From: Patescibacteria group bacterium | GTDB taxonomy: Bacteria; Patescibacteriota; Gracilibacteria; BD1-5; UBA2023 | Direction of reading: 5' to 3' | DNA: 32,000 nt | NCBI GenBank assembly: GCA_049315825.1 | Contig: JBMOJK010000003.1 | Coordinates: 20,652-52,651 of the forward strand | In this document: piece by piece, positions 20,918 through 27,700 of the stretch | How the letters are laid out: the number at the start of each line of letters is the position of its first letter | Numbering within the stretch: the stretch's first letter is position 1 | The notes under the pieces: model-generated | Seen by the model: the letters and a program-made list of their open reading frames with translations, nothing else | Database searches by the model: none | What the model was told of the DNA's origin: nothing | Made by a program: the position numbers and the translations under genes

Positions 20918-21432
20918 GTTTTGCAGAGGTAGCTGGAGATGTAAAAGCCTTGAAACTACAACTTCAATCAATAAATCAAGAGCGGAAACTCGCTCGCGAT
21001 AAGGCGAATAGAATCTTTGCAGAATATGAGAAGGGCGAAGTGGATGAAGATGAGATCGATCACGAATATCAGGCTATTGAGAGTCAAATTACCGCTCTCA
21101 ATGGCCAGAAACAAGATATCGAAAATCGTATTAGAAATCTTGAGGTCACAGAAGCACAAAAGCCCCTGACACATCCAGTTCCAAAGCCCAAAGAAGTTAC
21201 CAAAGAATCTACCCCGCCACCTTCTGGCGGACTCGCTTCTTATGGCGGTAATTTTGTTGCTGATGGCTTACTTTTAGTAGGTCGTATAGTTATCTTCACC
21301 ATTGCTTTTGTAGTGATACTTTTTTGTATCGGACTCGCTATTGAGATTCGAGACAAAAACAAAGTATCTTCTATAGAAAAAATTGAATTATCTGGCAAAC
21401 ACAGTGGTCGAGTCCCCGATCATCTACTCTAG
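20872..21432 (+). CDS. secreted/membrane coiled-coil protein with C-terminal TM anchor (186 aa)
   Basis: N-terminal signal peptide (IIWILCFMPLLSFA), heptad-like charged region, Pro-rich linker and C-terminal TM (IVIFTIAFVVILFCIGLAI). GGAGAG lies upstream of the ATG. Confidence 0.6.
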   Translation: MKKYIIWILCFMPLLSFAEVAGDVKALKLQLQSINQERKLARDKANRIFAEYEKGEVDEDEIDHEYQAIESQITALNGQKQDIENRIRNLEVTEAQKPLTHPVPKPKEVTKESTPPPSGGLASYGGNFVADGLLLVGRIVIFTIAFVVILFCIGLAIEIRDKNKVSSIEKIELSGKHSGRVPDHLL

Positions 21433-21443
21433 AAAGGACTATC

Positions 21444-21905
21444 ATGCCTCGTGATACAAACGCCCTACCGAATTGGGTGAAAAAAAATCCGGAAAAGTAC
21501 AGCAAGCGACTTCAGTACGAAGCAGCTATGCTCTACAAACAATTCCCGTTTCTTGGCTTTTTCATGAAAGGAGATTCACTACGGATAGAAGGACCTGTAA
21601 TGTCGGCAAGTCTCAATGTGTATCAGATTCGTGTAGTTTACGAAGCTGAATATCCAGCGAGACCGCCAAGCGCCTTTATCATTGATAAAGATATATCAGA
21701 GTTTTGTAGTAAAGATGGAAACCGTGGTCACAATTTCCATAACTACGGAATGGAAGCCAATGGTCTCGGACTCTGCCTCATGGCTCAAGATGAATGGAGC
21801 CCTCAACGTTCTGGTATTTCAGTAGTTGAATATGCAATTGCTTGGGTCAATGCATATGAATTTAAGCGTATGCGTGGATACTGGCCATTGCGCGAAACAA
21901 AGTAG
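21444..21905 (+). CDS. ubiquitin-conjugating enzyme (UBC/E2)-like protein
   Basis: AAAGGA SD. VVYEAEYPARPPSAFI resembles the E2 YPfxPPxvxF motif. HNFHNYGMEANGLGLCLMAQDEWSP resembles the E2 HPN...G.ICLdiL...WSP active site, with candidate catalytic Cys111 (TGC 21774-21776). Confidence 0.6.
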   Translation: MPRDTNALPNWVKKNPEKYSKRLQYEAAMLYKQFPFLGFFMKGDSLRIEGPVMSASLNVYQIRVVYEAEYPARPPSAFIIDKDISEFCSKDGNRGHNFHNYGMEANGLGLCLMAQDEWSPQRSGISVVEYAIAWVNAYEFKRMRGYWPLRETK

Positions 21906-21943
21906 TTTTTCATATATCTCAATACAATACAAGGAGCAATATC

Positions 21944-22186
21944 ATGGGTAGCACAACTAGAACTGAATACAAAATCCCAGGAATGGGTGACGTAGGTACG
22001 CCTGGAAACAGACGTCCAATTAATATTTCAGCACTCGATGCAGCCTTCAAGGATTATCGAGAAGGCGACGGTGTTGTTATGGATCCACGTGGTGTCATTC
22101 ATGGTGGAAATTCTCGCCCTGCTCAAGAACTCATTAATAATAGTGAGTCAGTAGCAATACTCATGGATGAACCTACTACAATGTAG
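21944..22186 (+). CDS. 80-aa protein between E2 and E1 (candidate ubiquitin-like modifier precursor or substrate)
   Basis: AAGGAG SD 8 nt upstream. Double stop TAGTAG. Internal ...GVIHGG (GG = 22103-22108, residues 54-55) is followed by a 25-aa tail. There is no C-terminal GG. Confidence 0.55.
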   Translation: MGSTTRTEYKIPGMGDVGTPGNRRPINISALDAAFKDYREGDGVVMDPRGVIHGGNSRPAQELINNSESVAILMDEPTTM

Positions 22187-22225
22187 TAGTCCACATTCTC
22201 GAATAAAGACAAGGAGAAATACATA

Positions 22226-23092
22226 ATGGATACTGCAGACTGCAAAACAGGAAGTGGTTTTCGTAATCTAAATCATCTCGAAAACCACTTCCACTCCCCC
22301 AATCCACGTCGCGATGCGCTCATTCCTCCTTTGCGGGGAAAGCGGGTCGTGGTGGTGGGGTTGGGTGGTGGTGCACCGATACCGATTGAGCTTTTGAAGT
22401 GTGGTGTGGATGCGTTTGATCTTGTGGATTTCGATATTCTCGAGCCCCACAATGCCATCCGTCATCCATGCCCGGCAAAATACTTCGGTCGCCCAAAGGT
22501 CGAAGCAGTTGCTGAGTTTATGCGAGAACTCGCCGGATCACAGGTGGAGATCAACCCACATGTGATCGATGTATTCAAACATCACGACACCCTGAAAGAT
22601 CTCATCAACAATGCAGACCTCCTCATCGTTGCAACTGACAGCGAAGCTTCGCGGTTTTTTCTCAATGAAATCGCCGTCGAAACCAAAACCCCCGCTGTCT
22701 ACGTTGGAATGTACGAAAACGGTTCTGGCGGAGAAATTTTCGCTGCTATGCCCGGACAGGCATGCTATGCATGCCTGTCTCACTACAACCAGCGTGAAAC
22801 CTTCATGCAACAATACCGAACTGCCACCCGCAAGGGCGACTGCAGTTCAAATCGCGATACCCTGGCTATGCCAGGCTTGGGTATCGATCAGGGCATGCTC
22901 GCCCTCATTGCGGCACGCAAGTCCGTGGAAATCCTTCTTCGTGGAGTGCAACACTCCCTTCCTCCAGCCGGAGGAAACTGGATCGTGTTCTCGATTTTCG
23001 GTATCACCAAAATACTCGAATCTCCGCTTACATGCTTCCAGGGCGACCTCGCGCAACATTCCAAATGCTTTGCGTGCGGCGATCCGTACTAA
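22226..23092 (+). CDS. ThiF/MoeB/E1-like adenylyltransferase
   Basis: AAGGAG SD. Rossmann nucleotide loop VVVVGLGGGAPIP, DLVDFDILEPHNAIRH (the E1/ThiF DxDxxxxSNLxRQ region), and paired CxxC motifs (CYAC, CFAC). 288 aa. G+C is visibly higher than in the neighbours. Confidence 0.8.
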   Translation: MDTADCKTGSGFRNLNHLENHFHSPNPRRDALIPPLRGKRVVVVGLGGGAPIPIELLKCGVDAFDLVDFDILEPHNAIRHPCPAKYFGRPKVEAVAEFMRELAGSQVEINPHVIDVFKHHDTLKDLINNADLLIVATDSEASRFFLNEIAVETKTPAVYVGMYENGSGGEIFAAMPGQACYACLSHYNQRETFMQQYRTATRKGDCSSNRDTLAMPGLGIDQGMLALIAARKSVEILLRGVQHSLPPAGGNWIVFSIFGITKILESPLTCFQGDLAQHSKCFACGDPY

Positions 23093-23095
23093 AAC

Positions 23096-23135
23096 AATCC
23101 CCCTTCATAACTCGTAAGAGCGTAGAAGGGGGATT
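23096..23135 (+). terminator. hairpin terminator candidate after the E1 gene
   Basis: Perfect 11-bp stem AATCCCCCTTC / GAAGGGGGATT with an 18-nt loop, 4 nt after the stop. The T-tail is weak (TT only). Confidence 0.5.
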
Positions 23136-23167
23136 TACCGGTTGTGGATGGATATCGTCTCGTGAAT

Positions 23168-23269
23168 GAAGGTGAAAGATGTATATGTATTCCTCGTCGA
23201 CAAACGCAGTGCGCACTTGAGAGACGTACAGTGAGTCAACTTTGTCATACATATACATCTTTCACCTTC
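23168..23269. repeat. 23-bp perfect inverted repeat separated by 56 nt
   Basis: GAAGGTGAAAGATGTATATGTAT (23168-23190) is the exact reverse complement of 23247-23269. An inner GACAAA/TTTGTC pair (23199-204 / 23241-246) and a GTGCGCAC palindrome lie in the loop. Confidence 0.85.
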
Positions 23270-23311
23270 CTAAAGTTTCAACTAATTTAAGGGCACATTT
23301 TTATACGCGAT

Positions 23312-24040
23312 CTACCCCTTAAACACCCGCTTCATATATTCAATCGCCCTTGCTTGATCGATGAAAAATGGACTACTCGCAATCGTGATACACGAAACTT
23401 GTCGTGCAAAATGCAGGATCACTTCCTTTTTGAGTTCGAAATCTATATCGTCAAGATCTTCGCTAAAGAAATCCAGATCCAGATTGAGGATAGAGTTCTT
23501 CGAGATGATTTTTCCACGTTCACGAAGCAAATCCCCTTCTCACTCGATCCGTATCATCTCACCAATAATCCCCTCTTGCATCGCAGGTTTGATATAGTTC
23601 CCCACATTGCAGAATTTATTGGTGAATTCGAAGGCCTTCACGAGATCGAGCGAATCAGGTTTGGAAAATGTATGAACATTTTCCCAAAGATCAGAATGTT
23701 CATCGATATGAACAAGTGTCGCCCCATCTTGAATAATCTCTAACTGACGAGCTTCATACCAGAAATACAGCGCGTGATTATGGTTATCGAAGATCGTGAC
23801 TGGGATGTTATTCCAGGTGGTTCGGACGAAATGTTTGAGACCCTTTGCCTCGATGAGCTTCCCATCGTCTTCTGCAACAAAGACGAGCTCATTTCACATC
23901 TCTACATCATCAAAAGTCCCATCGATGATACTCGGGATTGTGAGTATTCCTTGCCAATTTGCAGGTGCTAGAGCACGATTTCAAACCGGCTGATCGAGGG
24001 TATGAACAATGTTATACACGCTCAGTACTGAAGAGTTCAT
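23312..24040 (-). CDS. UPF0489-like (arginase/deacetylase-fold) hypothetical protein
   Basis: Track ORF 23312-23530 extends 5' in frame through TGAs (TCA at 23540, 23894, 23981) to the first ATG after an in-frame TAA (24056-58), giving ATG 24040. It overlaps the gmk 3' end by 29 nt. The motifs VTIFDNHNHALYFW, LVHIDEHSDLW and LNLDLDFF resemble UPF0489. The family call is tentative. Confidence 0.5.
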
Positions 24041-24593
24041 GAAGTCGTTCGAGAGTTATTTCCAGATCAGCATTTACGATACTCACATCATAAAAATGTC
24101 GTTCTTCCATCTCGACGATCGCATTCGCATATCGGGTTGCGAGATCTTCTGGGGAATTCACTCCTCGTCCGATCAGACGCTCCTTGAGTTCCTCCATAGA
24201 AGGTGGCTCAAGGAAAATACTCGTCACAGCATAACCCGCATCTTCGAGTACCGGTTTGAGATGCACCATCCCCTGTGGATCGATGATATAGAGCGGTTTC
24301 TTCCCAAGTGCAACAATGCGCTCGAGTTCAGCAAAAGTCGATCCATAGTAGTTCCCATGAACTGCCGCATATTCAATGAGTTCATTCTTCGCGTGTATGG
24401 CACGTGTGAAGTCCGCAGTATCCCAAAAATGATAGTGAACTCCGTCGATCTCCCCTGGTCGGATAGTTCGAGAAGTGGTAGTAACCACCTTTTCGATGGA
24501 AGTTTCTGGGCGAGCGGATTTATATGTTTCCCAAACAGTGGTTTTTCCAACTGCAGAGGGCCCTGAGAGAATGAAAACTTGTGGCTGATCCAT
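24012..24593 (-). CDS. gmk: guanylate kinase
   Basis: Start reassigned to ATG 24593 (MDQPQVFILSGPSAVGKTT P-loop). Also TTSRTIRPGEIDGVHYHF and IEYAAVHGNYYGS. Stop TAA 24012-24014. Confidence 0.9.
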   Translation of the reverse strand: MDQPQVFILSGPSAVGKTTVWETYKSARPETSIEKVVTTTSRTIRPGEIDGVHYHFWDTADFTRAIHAKNELIEYAAVHGNYYGSTFAELERIVALGKKPLYIIDPQGMVHLKPVLEDAGYAVTSIFLEPPSMEELKERLIGRGVNSPEDLATRYANAIVEMEERHFYDVSIVNADLEITLERLHELFSTERV

Positions 24594-24668
24594 AGAGATG
24601 AGATGATTATCTACTCGTATTAAAATAAGTCTATCCGCTGCATATTTCGACACAAGATATGAGAAAAT

Positions 24669-24706
24669 AAAAAAATATAAAGCGACATTGTCGCTTTATA
24701 TTTTTT
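24669..24706. terminator. bidirectional rho-independent terminator
   Basis: AAAAAATATAAAGCGACA / TGTCGCTTTATATTTTTT near-perfect palindrome, immediately 3' of the A2M-like gene stop (24714-16). Confidence 0.8.
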
Positions 24707-24713
24707 GCGTGGT

Positions 24714-27700
24714 TTATTCTACAACGATTTCCTTCCCTGCACTTCGTCCGAAGACTTCTGAGTTTGAGAACTCGAAGGCCCGTGATGGACGAACGGAGTA
24801 TGTTCCAGCATGGGTCATGCGGATCGTGTAAGCAAATCCGTAGTCACCACTGCCGAGAGTGTTAGCAGTTGCGAAGTAGCGATCATCACGGTACTCTTCG
24901 TGATCGAAGATGGATGTACTGTATCCTGTATCGACGGTCTTTGTATCAGATTGAATCTGACCTGTGAGCTCGTTGACACTCGGGATATTCACCGCACTTG
25001 TTACAACCGCTTCCTTGGTCTCAGTGGCAAGTTTCGTGTTTACGAGTTCTGCACCAGATGGGATAAATCCTTCGAATGCAGGCTGTTTACGGGCTTCACT
25101 CGTGATGAGTCGAGTATACGCAAATACCAGATCTCCTACCTTAAATTTCGACTGCGGAGTGAGGTAGTTGACGATATCTTTTGGATATTTGAGCGCTGAA
25201 TATTCGATGTCACCAGCGATGTATTTCTTCCATTCATCAGACTTGAGTGCTTCTACTCGCTTGTACTCTGAGAGAAGATAGTACTGGGTATCTACATAGA
25301 ATCCTTCATCTCGTGCCAGGATATCCTTGGTAGGAAGCGTGTACGAGAGGGTGATATCGTAGTAGAGCGACCCCTTCCCCGTTTTGTCGAAGACAAATGT
25401 AGAATTCTTTGGAAGGTCTCGAACGAGAACAGATTTTGAGAATGTTGTAAATCGATCCGCTCCCGCGATTTTTTGTTCTGCGAGGAGATTCTCGTCTGAC
25501 TTGATGCGAGCAACCATGTCTACATCTTTGAGTTCACCTGTCTTTGTGAGATACACACTCAGTGATCGGATGATTGACGCGGTTTCATTTGGTGATCCGT
25601 ATCCTCCGTCGGCTTTCTTGGATCCAAGAAGGAATCGATTCATATTATCGATCACAGATGCGATATCCTTGAATTGATCACGGCCAAGCAGTGATACTAC
25701 TTCAACAAATGCTGCAGTATTCTCGATGCGTGAATACTCGCCATATCCACCAACGAATGCACCTCGTGGATTTACGACCACATCGTTCTTGAGAATGGTA
25801 TCAATGCGTGATTTTGCATCAGCGAGGAGGGTCTTACGATCGCTTTCTGGGAGATCTTTTTGATCTGCGAGAGCGGCGATAGTTCGAAGATAGATGAAGA
25901 CATCCGATGGAGAGAATAATTTCGTATCTACGAGTTTGAACATCTTACGAGATTCAGTATCGGTTGGCTGAAGTTTGAGAATAGCTTCGATTGCCTCGAG
26001 ACGTGCACCTTCTGAATACTTGCAGTCGTAGAATTCATTTGGAGTACAGCCTTCGGTTTTCCCTATATAGAAGCGCTCTCGCAGATACTTCACTGCCTGA
26101 GACTCCACACCTGAATCCACTGGGAATCCAAGCATCTTGAGTTCACCGATCGTACGCACCACATAGGCGGTGAGTGCAAAATCCGGAGACTCTCGTGGTG
26201 TATCGTTCCAGTAGGTAAACCCTCCGTTGTTCCTCTGGAATTGTCCGATCGTTGCGAGGTAATCCTGGATGGCATCTTTGAGTGGCACTTTGATGTATCC
26301 AGTCTGTGCATCGATGTATTTATCGAGCATGATCTGAGAGAGATCAAATGGTTCACCCATCGAGTCGTAAAGCTTCTTCATCTCGATATTTGGCACGAGC
26401 GTGTAGGTTCGATTCCATGACGAAGCGTATGGATATTCTCGAAGGTATTCCATGCCGTTCTTGAGACCGCTCAGTGCAGATGCACCATAGTTAATCTGAA
26501 CAAGGGATTCTGGGTTCATTCCTTCAAGCTGAATTCGCTCATCCGCTGAGACACCTGATGTCTTCCCTGCTGTAGAAGTCTGCTCTGGGGTAGATGACGG
26601 ATAAATCGGAAGTGTTGCTTCGATCACATCTTCGTTTCCATCTGCGTCCGTTGCCTTGAAGGTGATCTTCGAAGCAAATGCAGGTTTTACTTCTGGATTT
26701 GAATGCGGAGTCATCTTGAATCGTACGACCGTAGATTCGCCATTCTTAACTCGCATCTTGATCGCAGATCCATCCATGTCGGCATTGTCCGCTGACGCAC
26801 TTACCGTGATATCTACATCCTTGCCAGTCTTGTTGAAGATACTTGGTGCGAGGACGACTTTATCACCTGATATGAGGAATCTTGGAAGATTTTCTGAGAT
26901 GAGGAGTGCTTTGGTAGTCATGATCGATGCTCGACCTACTCCGACCTTGTTGCCCACTGGAGTGGATACGACTGATTCGATCACCCATGTTGTGAGATTG
27001 TCTGGGAGTTTGTCGGTCGAGATTTTTGCTTCACCGTTTGCATCGGTATTGAAGTCAGATTTCCAGAAAGCAGTATCCTTGAATGTTCCGCGCTTTTTCT
27101 TGGCATCACCTCCCTTCTGTCCATCACCGGCTCCACCCTTTTCACCGTTTCCAGTGTTCTTCACTTCGAGCTTTTCGATGAGGTTCGTGAGTGAGAGATA
27201 CGTGCGAGTTCCGAGGTATCGCTTCATATCATAGAAGAATGCGAATGGATTCTTCTGAGGATTTCCCATGAGTGCGAGAACACTTTCATCGACGATCGAG
27301 AGTGATCCGTTCGCATTTGCGACTGGCTTTCCTTCTGAGTCTTTTACTCGGACTGTCACCTCAACTGGATCAGCTGGGAGATAGCGAGTCTTCGATGGAA
27401 CAACTTCTACGGAGAGTTTTTTCTCATCAGAGACCACCTTGATCACCGCGAGTGCTCGCTTGTAAACTGGGAGGTCCATCTTTTCATCCTGTCCGATGAG
27501 ATAGACTTTGACGTAAATATTTGGGATGAAACTTGTTTGGATCGGAAGCTCGATCTTTTCTGAATATCCTGTGATATCTTTCACGTACGAGTCGATCACT
27601 GCGTCGTCCTTCTCGATAGAAACAAAGTATTTACCAGACTTCACTGGAGACTTGAGTGTGAATACTGCAGTATCTCCTGGCTTAAGAATACTCTTTTCGG

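Noticed and set aside
21444-23092. Calling the E2/E1 pair a type II CBASS (Cap2/Cap3) or a Bil/Bub defence operon.
   Set aside because: No CD-NTase or cyclase, no effector, and no E1-E2 fusion is present. The Ubl candidate is atypical and no characteristic Bil/Bub partner can be recognised by eye. Only the generic E1/E2/JAB relationship is supportable.
22226-23092. Interpreting the ThiF-like gene as ordinary MoeB/ThiF of molybdopterin or thiamine synthesis.
   Set aside because: No moaD/thiS, moaE, thiG or related genes are nearby. It sits directly downstream of an E2-like gene and a small ORF. This is not formally excluded without a search.
23028-23258. Track ORF (76 aa, minus strand) crossing the 23-bp inverted repeat.
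   Set aside because: It overlaps the E1 3' end and the terminator hairpin, has no SD, and its sequence is dictated by the repeat arms. It is probably non-coding.
26406-26416. GGTTCGATTCC, which resembles the tRNA T-arm/T-loop consensus.
   Set aside because: The flanking bases do not form a T-stem, acceptor stem or anticodon arm, and the site is inside the A2M coding frame (the YPYASSWNRT region). It is a coincidental match.
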